Assembly (NCBI GenBank): GCA_021811085.1
Contig: JAJZPQ010000002.1
Location: 132,698 to 196,697, forward strand
DNA: 64,000 nt
Reading direction: 5' to 3'
Origin: Pseudomonadota bacterium
Lineage (GTDB): Bacteria; Pseudomonadota; Gammaproteobacteria; Burkholderiales; SG8-39
Shown: in pieces, positions 1 to 8,194 of the stretch
How positions within the stretch are numbered: the first letter of the stretch is position 1
Layout: the number at the start of each line of letters is the position of its first letter
The notes under the pieces: model-generated
What the model saw: the letters and a program-made list of their open reading frames with translations, nothing else
The model's database searches: none
Told to the model about the DNA's origin: nothing
Translations under genes and position numbers: made by a program

Positions 1-58
1 GGCGCGCACCCAGGCCGATTCATCGCGCGGCGGTTCGGCAAATATCATCTCATTCGCT

Positions 59-910
59 TCACATGCGCCAGAGCAGCAATCTCGAGCCGCCCTGCGCGCC
101 GATCGCAACGGTCAACTCGGGCGGCACGCCGGGCACGGTGAAGCCGTTGCTGATCAGAAGGCTGCCGGAGCGCATTTCGCGGCGCGCTTTGCGCCACAGC
201 CCGCCCATCGCCGCAGGCGACAGGTAGGCGTAGACGACGTCATACCGGCTCAAGTCGAGTTTATGGAAATCTCCCCAGCTGATGCGGCAGGACCGGCGCC
301 CGAGCGCCGCGCGCAGCCAACTCAGCAGGAATGGCACCGGCGCCGATTCGATGCCGTAGTAGCGGCCCGCGGGACGCGTGCGCGCAAGCCAGGCAAGCAC
401 CCCGCCGAGCCCGCAGCCCAGGTCGAGGAAGGTGAAACTGCGCTCCTGCGGCAACAGGCCGGCGACTGCTTGCGCCGCGGCGCGGCTTGACAGAAACAGC
501 GGCACCCGTGTTCGCGACACACCCCAGTATAGCGAGGCCATCAGGCAAAACGCGCCAAGTGCGTACGCGGGCGGCAAGCCGAATGCCAGCGTCCACACCA
601 ATCCCGGAACGAACAGCAGATGGATCGGCAGCCACCAGGCTTCCATCCCCAGGACGCGCCCGAAGCTCGCCGCGACGATCCCCTGCAGCATTGCCCAGGC
701 CATGGCATTGCCGCTCCCCGCCGCCGCATCCGAACCCGGTGCGGTCAGCGCAAGCAGCGTCAGCACCACCAGCGACGCCCCGACCTGCGCAGCGGCCGCA
801 TGCAGCAACGGCACGCGCGCCCGATAGGCGCCCGCGGACCGGGCCACGGCGTCGACGGCGCGCTCAGGGCTTGGCAGCGGCATTCTCATTCGCAACGTCG
901 GGCTCTGCAT
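59..910 (-). CDS. Class I SAM-dependent methyltransferase with hydrophobic N-terminal half
   Basis: 283-aa ORF. Motif I-like FLDLGCGLGGVLAWLAR is followed by YGIES. The N-terminal ~130 aa are strongly hydrophobic. Start uncertain: ATGs at 910, 889 and 883 all overlap the motB 3' end. Confidence 0.6.
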   Translation of the reverse strand: MQSPTLRMRMPLPSPERAVDAVARSAGAYRARVPLLHAAAAQVGASLVVLTLLALTAPGSDAAAGSGNAMAWAMLQGIVAASFGRVLGMEAWWLPIHLLFVPGLVWTLAFGLPPAYALGAFCLMASLYWGVSRTRVPLFLSSRAAAQAVAGLLPQERSFTFLDLGCGLGGVLAWLARTRPAGRYYGIESAPVPFLLSWLRAALGRRSCRISWGDFHKLDLSRYDVVYAYLSPAAMGGLWRKARREMRSGSLLISNGFTVPGVPPELTVAIGAQGGSRLLLWRM

Positions 911-1802
911 TGGGTTTCGCCTCGCCTTCCAGCGTGCCCCCGCCCTTGCTCACCGCCTCCTCGGTTTTCTTGTTCATGACGATGATGCTGATGCGGCGGT
1001 TGATCGGATTCAGGGGATTGTCGGCGTCGAACAGAACCGCTGAGGACAGCCCCTCCACGCGCAGCACGCGGTTTTCCTTCATGCCGCCAGTGACCAGTTC
1101 GCGCCGTGCCGCGTTCGCCCGATCGGCCGACAATTCCCAGTTGCTGTAGCCTTTGTCCCCGCCGGAATAGGCTTGCGCGTCGGTGTGCCCGGAAATGCTG
1201 ATGCGGTTAGGCACGTCGTTCAGCCCCTTGCCGATCTCGCGCAGGATATCGCGGGTATAGGGCTGCAGCTGCGCGCTGCCGCTGGCGAACATCGGCCGGT
1301 TGTATTCATCCACGATCTGAATGCGCAGACCCTCGGTGGTGAGATCGAGCAGCATCTGCTTGCGGAACGGCTTCAACGCCGGATTGCTCTCGATCGCGCT
1401 CTCGATGCGGTCCTGCAAATCCCGCAACTTGAGCTTCTCTTTGCGGGCAAGCTCGGCTTCTGCCGCCTTGAGGTCGACGTCGTGCTTGCCATGATGGATA
1501 TCGCCCTTGGTAACCTGACCTTCGGCGCGGGTGAAATCCTGGCCGCCGCCCTTGATCATGCTGGATCTGTCGCCGCTGCCGCTGCCGCCCATCAGAGCCA
1601 CTTTGAGCGGAGTCTGGAAATATTCGGATATGCCCTTCAAGTCTCCGGCGCTGGCCGTGCCGAGCAGCCACATGAGCAGGAAAAATGCCATCATCGCTGT
1701 GACAAAATCGGCATAAGCGATCTTCCACGCGCCGCCATGGTGGCCGCCAGCGTGTTTCTTCACGCGCTTTACGACTATCGGCCGTTGTGAATCTTCGCTC
1801 AT
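864..1802 (-). CDS. motB: Flagellar motor stator protein MotB
   Basis: WKIAYADFVTAMMAFFLLMWLL TM/plug region and an OmpA-like C-terminus (NWELSADRANAARRELV). I chose the ATG at 1802 (MSEDSQ...), which forms an ATGA overlap with the motA stop; the longer ORF to 1964 would run through motA. Confidence 0.9.
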   Translation of the reverse strand: MSEDSQRPIVVKRVKKHAGGHHGGAWKIAYADFVTAMMAFFLLMWLLGTASAGDLKGISEYFQTPLKVALMGGSGSGDRSSMIKGGGQDFTRAEGQVTKGDIHHGKHDVDLKAAEAELARKEKLKLRDLQDRIESAIESNPALKPFRKQMLLDLTTEGLRIQIVDEYNRPMFASGSAQLQPYTRDILREIGKGLNDVPNRISISGHTDAQAYSGGDKGYSNWELSADRANAARRELVTGGMKENRVLRVEGLSSAVLFDADNPLNPINRRISIIVMNKKTEEAVSKGGGTLEGEAKPNAEPDVANENAAAKP

Positions 1803-2680
1803 GGTGTTTGCGCCGGCGGCGGGCGCGCCTTGCGCTGCTTCACCGTTTCCTCGAGTTCTGTAAAGGTGGGGCGCTCGGTCGAATACAGGACCTTGCGCCC
1901 GAACTCCACCGCCACCTGCGGCGCATAGCCGTTGAGGCTGGCGAGCAGCGTGACCTTTATGCATTGCAGCATCTTGGTCGATTCGGCGAGCTTGTGTTCG
2001 AGCAGCAGCGACAGCGGCCCGACGAAACCGTACGAAAGCAGAATGCCGAGGAAAGTGCCGACCAGCGCAGCGGCAATCAGTTTGCCCAGTTCGGCCGGCG
2101 GTATTCCGACCGACTCCATGGTGTGCACCACGCCCATGACGGCGGCGACGATGCCGAACGCCGGCATAGCGTCGGCCATTTTTGCGAGCGCGTTGACCGG
2201 AATCGTCCCCTCTTCGTGATGGGTTTCTATCTCGTTGTCCATCAGGTTCTCGATCTCGAACGCATTGAGGTTGCCGCCGACCATCAGGCGCAGGTAATCG
2301 GTCAGGAATTCCACCACGTGGTGATCGGAGACGACTGTGGGGTACTTGGTGAACACCGGGCTCTGCTCAGGCGCATCGACATCGGCCTCGACCGACATCA
2401 GCCCCTCCTTGCGCACCTTGGCGAGGATGTCGTAAAGCAGTGACAGTGTCTCCAGGTACAGTGTCTTGCTGAAGCGCGAGCCTCGCAGCAGGCTGGGCAG
2501 GGCTTTCAGCGTCGCCTTGATGACTTTGGAGGGATTGGCCACCAGGAACGATCCCAGGGCGGAGCCGCCGATCATCAGCAGTTCCACCGGCTGGAGCAGC
2601 GATCCGAGGTGACCGCCGGCTATCGCAAAGCCACCGAATACAGCACCCAATATCGCGACGTAACCGACGATAACCAGCAC
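1799..2680 (-). CDS. motA: Flagellar motor stator protein MotA
   Basis: 293 aa. N-terminus LVIVGYVAILGAVFGGFAIAGGHLGSLLQPVELLMIGG is typical of MotA. GTG start at 2680 is preceded by GGGAGA. Directly upstream of motB. Confidence 0.92.
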   Translation of the reverse strand: MLVIVGYVAILGAVFGGFAIAGGHLGSLLQPVELLMIGGSALGSFLVANPSKVIKATLKALPSLLRGSRFSKTLYLETLSLLYDILAKVRKEGLMSVEADVDAPEQSPVFTKYPTVVSDHHVVEFLTDYLRLMVGGNLNAFEIENLMDNEIETHHEEGTIPVNALAKMADAMPAFGIVAAVMGVVHTMESVGIPPAELGKLIAAALVGTFLGILLSYGFVGPLSLLLEHKLAESTKMLQCIKVTLLASLNGYAPQVAVEFGRKVLYSTERPTFTELEETVKQRKARPPPAQTP

Positions 2681-2906
2681 AAAATTCTCCCTACGCCCGA
2701 ACCGACCGCCAGAATGATCACCGAATTCCAGGCCGGGTCTTACCGGGCCGCGCAGAGAAGGTAACAGGCGCCGCCCCGCTCCTAAACCGGAAACAGCGCT
2801 GCAATCACCCCGCTATTGCCGCAACCGGGTGGACGAACCGGTCGAGCCGGCGGCAACGGCCCCCGAAGCAGAGCGGCGACCGCGCTGCCCCGGGCGCGCC
2901 TGCCGT

Positions 2907-3458
2907 TCAGACCGCAGCAGCAGCGGTGTGCGTCCCCACGCGCGAAGGCTTCTTCGACTTGCCGGCGCGCGACGGCGGACGGCACAGTCCGCAAACGTAA
3001 TTGCGGTTGAGTTCCAGCTTGTGGGTGATGAAATTGCCGCCGCAGCGCGTGCACGGCACGGTCTCGAGCAGGCTGCCGAGAAAACGCACCAGCGTCCAGG
3101 CCCGCGTGAGCGTCAGGATCGGCTCGAGGCTGTTGGCGTGCACGTGCTCGAGATACAGGCGATAACCCTTGATCAGCGCGTGCACGCCGCGCAGTTCGGT
3201 ATGCGCGACCAGGTAATGGTAGATGTCGACGAACAACGAGGAATGAACGTTGGGTTGCCAGCCGAGGAACCAGTCGGCCGAAAACGGCAGCATTCCTTTC
3301 GACGGGGATTCACCCTTGACCTCCTTGTACAGCTTGAGCAGACGCTCGCGGCTGAGTCCGGTCTCGGTTTCCAGCACCTGCAGCCGGGCGCCAAGGTGGA
3401 TGAGCTCGATCGCGAGCCGTATCTCGTTGCCTTCGGATACCACGCTTTTGTTGCGCAT
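2907..3458 (-). CDS. flhC: Flagellar master regulator subunit FlhC
   Basis: 183 aa. SVVSEGNEIRLAIELIHLGARLQVLETETGLSRERLLKLYKE plus a C-terminal Cys4 zinc site (CTRCGG...CGLC). Follows flhD. Confidence 0.92.
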   Translation of the reverse strand: MRNKSVVSEGNEIRLAIELIHLGARLQVLETETGLSRERLLKLYKEVKGESPSKGMLPFSADWFLGWQPNVHSSLFVDIYHYLVAHTELRGVHALIKGYRLYLEHVHANSLEPILTLTRAWTLVRFLGSLLETVPCTRCGGNFITHKLELNRNYVCGLCRPPSRAGKSKKPSRVGTHTAAAAV

Positions 3459-3476
3459 CGCTCCCCCGACCCGGAC

Positions 3477-3794
3477 TCAGGCCAGCTCTTCGACGGGTTG
3501 TCCCGCAAGCAGGATGGCCGCGTGCGACTGCGGCATGGCGCCGTCCTTGCCGTGGCTCGTGAGCAAGCCCAGTATCAGCCGGTCATCGAAGCGCATGCGG
3601 CATAGAAGCACATTTGCGCCCGCCATTTTCAGCACCTGGCCCGCGGTCAGATCGGCCAGGATGTCGGCCAGCTGCTGACTGATTCCCAGGCGATATATTG
3701 CCGCGGACTTGTCCTCGCGAATCATGTGCTGCGCCAGCATCAGGTAGGTAAGATTCAGTTCCTTGATTTCACCCAGCATGTCGGATTTGTTCAT
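3477..3794 (-). CDS. flhD: Flagellar master regulator subunit FlhD
   Basis: 105 aa. LGEIKELNLTYLMLAQHMIREDKSAAIYRLGISQQLADIL is a FlhD signature. 18 nt upstream of flhC. Confidence 0.9.
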   Translation of the reverse strand: MNKSDMLGEIKELNLTYLMLAQHMIREDKSAAIYRLGISQQLADILADLTAGQVLKMAGANVLLCRMRFDDRLILGLLTSHGKDGAMPQSHAAILLAGQPVEELA

Positions 3795-3891
3795 TTATGT
3801 TCTCCCTGTTTGCGGTTAACGCGCCCTCTCTCCAGGCACGATCGCATTTTGGACGCGGCGCCGGACCGGACAAATAGGAGTCTGTCTGTGT

Positions 3892-5694
3892 TTACGCGTC
3901 TCCTCGCGCGAATTCTCGTGTAAGAATTTGTCCTACATGATGGTTCATTTGATGATCGCGCGCGCCGATTCCCGGCCGCTGCAGCGCCTGCCCGCCCGGG
4001 CGTGCGCCGAGCATTTCGGTGATGTCCGCGACGCTGCGCGGCGGGCTGAACAGGAAACCCTGTACCCGGTCGCAATGCTGCTGGCGGAAGAATTCCAGCT
4101 GTTCGACAGTTTCGACCCCTTCCGCTACCGTGACCAGACCCAACCCGCGCGCAAGCGCGCCTATGGCCTGCACGATTGCCGCGCTTTCCACGTCCTTGAT
4201 GACGTCGCAGGAAAACGACTTGTCGATCTTCAGAATATCGATGGGGAAGCGCCGCAGATAGCTCAGTGACGAGTAACCGGTGCCGAAATCGTCGACGGAT
4301 ATCTTGACGCGCATGCTCTTCAGCGCCTGCAGCGTCGCGATGGTCGTATCGGCATGCCGCATCAGCACCGACTCGGTGATTTCGAGCTCCAGGCATTGTG
4401 GGTCGATGCCGGTATGCGCAAGCACCTGTTCGACCACCTGCACCAGGCCGGGCTGCCAGAACTGCACTGCGGAAATATTCACTGCGATCGTCAGTCCGGT
4501 ATGCCCGGCGTCATGCCAGGCTTTGGCCTGGCGGCAGGCATTGAGCAGCACCCAGTTGCCGATCTCCGTGATCAGTCCCGACTCGTTGGCAAGCGGAATG
4601 AATTCATCCGGCTGCAGCAGCCCCATCTCCGGGTGGCGCCAGCGCACCAGCGCTTCCACGCCGGTCAGCGCCCCGGTGACCGCGTTCAGATTCGGTTGGT
4701 ACTCGATCAGCAATTCCTCCCGCGCCACGGCCTTGCGCAGCGCGCTCTCAAGCACCAATTGCGCGCTTGCCACAGCGCCCATTTCACGCGCGTAGAACTG
4801 GCAATTGTTGCCGCCCATGCTCTTCGCGCGGAACATCGCGGTCTCGGCGTTTATCAGCAGTTCGGGTATGTCATCGCCATCCCGCGGCGACGCGACAATG
4901 CCGATGCTTACGGATATGTAGAACTCCAGCACGCCCTCGACGAAAGGGCTGGAAAATGCCTGCCGGATGCGCTCGGCGCCATCGCGCGCCTGCTCGTCGC
5001 CAGAGGTATTGCCGAGAAATACCGCAAACTCGTCGCTGCCCAGCCTGGCCACCATCCCTTCCTCGGGCACGCACTCCTGCAGCCGTTGCCCGATCCGGCG
5101 GATCAGCGCGTCCCCGACCTTGTGGCCGAAGCAGTTATTGATGCGCAGGAACCGGTCGACGTCCAGAACGTAGATCGCGGCCGACTGTGCGTCGGCCTGC
5201 CCCGTCTTGCGGCCGACATAATCGCAGAACAAATTGCGGTTCGGCAACCCGGTCAGGCTCTCGTAGAAAGCGAGCTTGTGCACGCGGGCGTCGGCCTGCT
5301 CCTTCGCGCGCCGCATGGCGGCACCATGGATTTCGCGCTCCATCGCCGGCAGCAGGCGGGCAAAATTGCCCTTTACAATCGAATCCTGCGCCCCGCTGCA
5401 CATCGCCGCGACTTCGACGTGCTCGCTGACATCGCCCGAATAGATGATGAACGGGATATCCTTGCCGCACTCTTTCAGCAGGTCGAGCGCCTCGAGCGAA
5501 CTGAAGCGCGGCATCGAATGGTCGGAAATGACGATGTCCCATTCGGAATCGAGCAGAGCGGAGCGCATATCCTCGGCGCAGTCCACCCTGGTGTAGGTGA
5601 TATCGGTGTTCGTTCGGGTCAGCTCGGAATACAAAAGACGCGCGTCGTCCTCTGAGTCCTCGACTATGAGAAGGCGGATGTGCTGGTTGGTCAT
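3892..5694 (-). CDS. Response-regulator receiver + GGDEF(degenerate) + EAL c-di-GMP phosphodiesterase
   Basis: REC domain (IRLLIVEDSEDD...ISDHSMP). GGDEF domain with RLGSDEF instead of GGDEF. EAL domain with EALVRW, DDFGTGYSSLSYL, KIDKSF and AEGVET. Start taken at ATG 5694 (MTNQHIRLLIVED); the upstream part of the ORF is Arg/Ala-rich noise. Confidence 0.88.
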   Translation of the reverse strand: MTNQHIRLLIVEDSEDDARLLYSELTRTNTDITYTRVDCAEDMRSALLDSEWDIVISDHSMPRFSSLEALDLLKECGKDIPFIIYSGDVSEHVEVAAMCSGAQDSIVKGNFARLLPAMEREIHGAAMRRAKEQADARVHKLAFYESLTGLPNRNLFCDYVGRKTGQADAQSAAIYVLDVDRFLRINNCFGHKVGDALIRRIGQRLQECVPEEGMVARLGSDEFAVFLGNTSGDEQARDGAERIRQAFSSPFVEGVLEFYISVSIGIVASPRDGDDIPELLINAETAMFRAKSMGGNNCQFYAREMGAVASAQLVLESALRKAVAREELLIEYQPNLNAVTGALTGVEALVRWRHPEMGLLQPDEFIPLANESGLITEIGNWVLLNACRQAKAWHDAGHTGLTIAVNISAVQFWQPGLVQVVEQVLAHTGIDPQCLELEITESVLMRHADTTIATLQALKSMRVKISVDDFGTGYSSLSYLRRFPIDILKIDKSFSCDVIKDVESAAIVQAIGALARGLGLVTVAEGVETVEQLEFFRQQHCDRVQGFLFSPPRSVADITEMLGARPGGQALQRPGIGARDHQMNHHVGQILTREFARGDA

Positions 5695-6002
5695 GGCTGC
5701 ACCCAAGGTACGCCGCCGTCGGACAGGCGCGACGTTTCGGCTCGAAGGCGCAGGCGGTACGCCCGCCGCGACTTTCGCGACAGCGACCCGGCCGCCACAC
5801 CACCATGCGGCGCGGCGCCGCCGCAATCCAGAATGTGGCCAGCGCACCGCAGTCGAGCTGCTCTACCAAATTGATTCATAGATAGTTTGTCATCCGCAGT
5901 GCGCGCCGCGTCGCAAATCCGCTAATCGAAGCGTCACACTTACGCTTGATTATCGGCAGGCGCGCGCCTAACTTGAGCCTGGCAAGCGCGGCGATGGCCG
6001 CG

Positions 6003-6644
6003 CTACTTGCGGTTCATGTCGGCGATGCAGCCGGCAAGCGCCGCGCGCACGTCGCCGCCGCTCAGGATGCAGCTGCCCGAGCGGGTCCAGCCAGCCTGGC
6101 CACCGGGCGCAGCTTCCTGCGGCCGCGCTTCGCCTGCCGGCGCGGCAGGCGCTTGCAGTTGGCCGAGTTTTTTCTCGCTTTCTGCGAGCGACGCCGTGAG
6201 GCGCGCCTCCGTCGCAGTCCGTTCGGTCCGCTGCTGCGCGAGCGCTTTCTTCAATTCCTCCACCGATTTGGCATAGCCGGACAGCTTCGCTTCCTGGCGC
6301 TCGATTGCCATCGCCCGCCGCTCGAGCAATTGCGCCAGCAGGTCGTAGGCGAGTGCCATTCCGAGCATGCCGCCGGCCAGCGCCACGCCGAGGTAGATCA
6401 GCAAGGCGCGCAGGCGCCGCCGCGGTCTTGGCGCGATCTTCGCCGCGACGGCCGGGTCATGCCCCGGCGGCTGCGCCAGTGCGCGCTTTTCCGGCCGGCC
6501 GCGCTCGCGCGGCGCGTCCTGCACCTGCGCAGTTCCCGCGCACTTGCGCAAAGCCTGCAAAGACGCGATGCCCTTATCGAGCGCAGCCGCTGCCGCCGCA
6601 AGCAGCGCGCGTTTGCCGCGCGCGGACAGCGCATTCGTGCGCAT
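6003..6644 (-). CDS. Hypothetical membrane-anchored coiled-coil protein
   Basis: Strong GC3 bias in this frame. One TM segment (ALLIYLGVALAGGMLGMALAY) followed by a heptad-like region (ERQEAKLSGYAKSVEELKKALAQQRTERTATEARL). No recognisable family. Start uncertain (ATG 6644 or 6794). Confidence 0.4.
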   Translation of the reverse strand: MRTNALSARGKRALLAAAAAALDKGIASLQALRKCAGTAQVQDAPRERGRPEKRALAQPPGHDPAVAAKIAPRPRRRLRALLIYLGVALAGGMLGMALAYDLLAQLLERRAMAIERQEAKLSGYAKSVEELKKALAQQRTERTATEARLTASLAESEKKLGQLQAPAAPAGEARPQEAAPGGQAGWTRSGSCILSGGDVRAALAGCIADMNRK

Positions 6645-6954
6645 GCGCAGCCATAGGCGCGCGCGAACCGGCCAGGCCTCGGTGGCGGCGGGATCTTCTG
6701 CCGCCACCTCGTCATCACGCGTCAGCGTGCGGCTTGCACCGGGAGCACGGGCTGTAGTCAAGAAACACCTCGGATCGTGGCCGCTGCGACCCACATGTAT
6801 CGACCGCCAGTGTTGAAACTTGAGCGTCCGTTCCCGCCTGCGCGCCGCGCTCCGGATCGCAGGCTAATCTTTCGGCCGGCGCCGTCGTTAACCGAGCGAA
6901 CGGACGTATCGCGGCGCGTATCGCCCGCAGGCCGGTGTCAGGAGGATGGCTGCC

Positions 6955-7233
6955 ATGGATCAACGATCCGATCTCGCAACAGCCGGCGGCGCCGCACGGC
7001 TGATCGCGCGCACCAGGGCGCTGCTGAAGAACGTAAAAAGCCTCGCACTTCTGGATCTCTCCGACCGGGTGGCGCGGCTGTCGCTCGGCATGGCTCCCGA
7101 GGAGAATGGACAGCGCGTCATCACGGAAAGATTGCCCAAGCGCGATATCGCGAACCGCGTCGGAGCCACCCGCGATATTGCCAGCCGCGCGTTCAAGGAT
7201 CGCGTCCTGAGCGGCTGCAAAATGTCGCCATGA
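6955..7233 (+). CDS. Stand-alone Crp/Fnr-type winged-HTH protein (no cNMP-binding domain)
   Basis: LLDLSDRVARLSL...ITERLPKRDIANRVGATRDIASRAFKDR matches the C-terminal DNA-binding domain pattern of Crp/Fnr regulators. AGGAGG at 6940-6945 lies 9 nt before ATG 6955 (an ATG at 6946 abuts the SD). The stop overlaps the next gene's ATG (ATGA). Confidence 0.45.
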   Translation: MDQRSDLATAGGAARLIARTRALLKNVKSLALLDLSDRVARLSLGMAPEENGQRVITERLPKRDIANRVGATRDIASRAFKDRVLSGCKMSP

Positions 7234-8093
7234 CCGGGTGCCAGCAAGCCTTCAATATGATCGAACTTGAGGCTGCGCGCTGCGCCAGGGAACTGGATAT
7301 CCCGCCGTGCCCGGCGCTCCTCGCCAGGTTCGACGAGGAGTTTCACGCCGCACAGCCCGACCTGCACAGGCTCGCCGCATTGATCGGCACCGACATCGGC
7401 CTGTCGGCCACGCTGATCAAGACCGTCAACTCGCCGTTCTACGGTCTGGCCAAAAAGGCGACCAGCATCGAACAGGCGCTGTGGATACTCGGACTGCGCA
7501 CCAGCGCGAACCTGGTCGGCGGGCTCCTGCTTCGTCGCGCTTTTCCGGCAAACATAAACGCCGCCATGACCGCATTCTGGGAGCGCTCGATGCAGATAGC
7601 GGGACTGGCCGCCGCGATCGCCGCGCGCCTCAAGAACATCGACAAAAGCGAGGCGCACACCTATGTCCTGTTTCGCGATTGCGGCATGCTGGTGATGCTG
7701 CGCAAATATCCGCACTACGCCGGCATCATGGAGCAAAGTGCGAAGATTCCCGGCGCGCAACTCACCCGCCTCGAGGACACCCAGTTCCGATTCAACCACG
7801 CGCGTGTCGCCTGCGCGCTCGCCCGAAGCTGGTTCCTGTCTGAACCGCTTTGCGCAGCGATTCTTCATCATCATGATTTTGCCCTGGCGGAAAAGAATGC
7901 GCTCGCGGCGCAGCTGCCAAACCCGAAGCTGCTTGCCTTCGGACTGCTGGCGGAGCAAATCGCCGCGCTGCACGCCAACCAAGGCCTGTGCCCGGACTGG
8001 ATCGGTGCAGAGCGCTTCGTGCTGGCCACCCTCGGCATCGGCGCGGACGATATCGTCGAGCTGACCGAGGAGTTGCTCGGCGTCGCCGCCTAG
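7230..8093 (+). CDS. HDOD domain signalling protein
   Basis: PPCPALLARFDEEFHAAQPDLHRLAALIGTDIGLSATLIKTVNSPFYGLAKKATSIEQALWILGLRT is a typical HDOD N-terminal pattern, with an HD-like helical bundle after it. Start at ATG 7230; the ORF-track extension back to 6777 is Arg-rich and not protein-like. Confidence 0.8.
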   Translation: MTGCQQAFNMIELEAARCARELDIPPCPALLARFDEEFHAAQPDLHRLAALIGTDIGLSATLIKTVNSPFYGLAKKATSIEQALWILGLRTSANLVGGLLLRRAFPANINAAMTAFWERSMQIAGLAAAIAARLKNIDKSEAHTYVLFRDCGMLVMLRKYPHYAGIMEQSAKIPGAQLTRLEDTQFRFNHARVACALARSWFLSEPLCAAILHHHDFALAEKNALAAQLPNPKLLAFGLLAEQIAALHANQGLCPDWIGAERFVLATLGIGADDIVELTEELLGVAA

Positions 8094-8194
8094 TCGCCTA
8101 AACGCCACTCCAGAACCGTCGAATCGGCCATCGGCTCAAGTTCCCCGTACTTGTTGACGTAATGGCTGTACCGGGGGATTGCGAGCAGCCGTCT

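Noticed and set aside
2681-2906. Sigma-28 (FliA) promoter or flhC terminator in the 226-bp flhC-motA gap
   Set aside because: I found no TAAA-N15-GCCGATAA-like element on the minus strand and no clean stem-loop with a U-tract. The region remains unannotated.
6777-7229. N-terminal 151-aa extension of the HDOD ORF (438-aa version)
   Set aside because: The extension is Arg/Pro-rich and not protein-like. It overlaps the Crp-like HTH ORF in another frame. The HDOD homology begins only after ATG 7230, which is coupled to the upstream stop.
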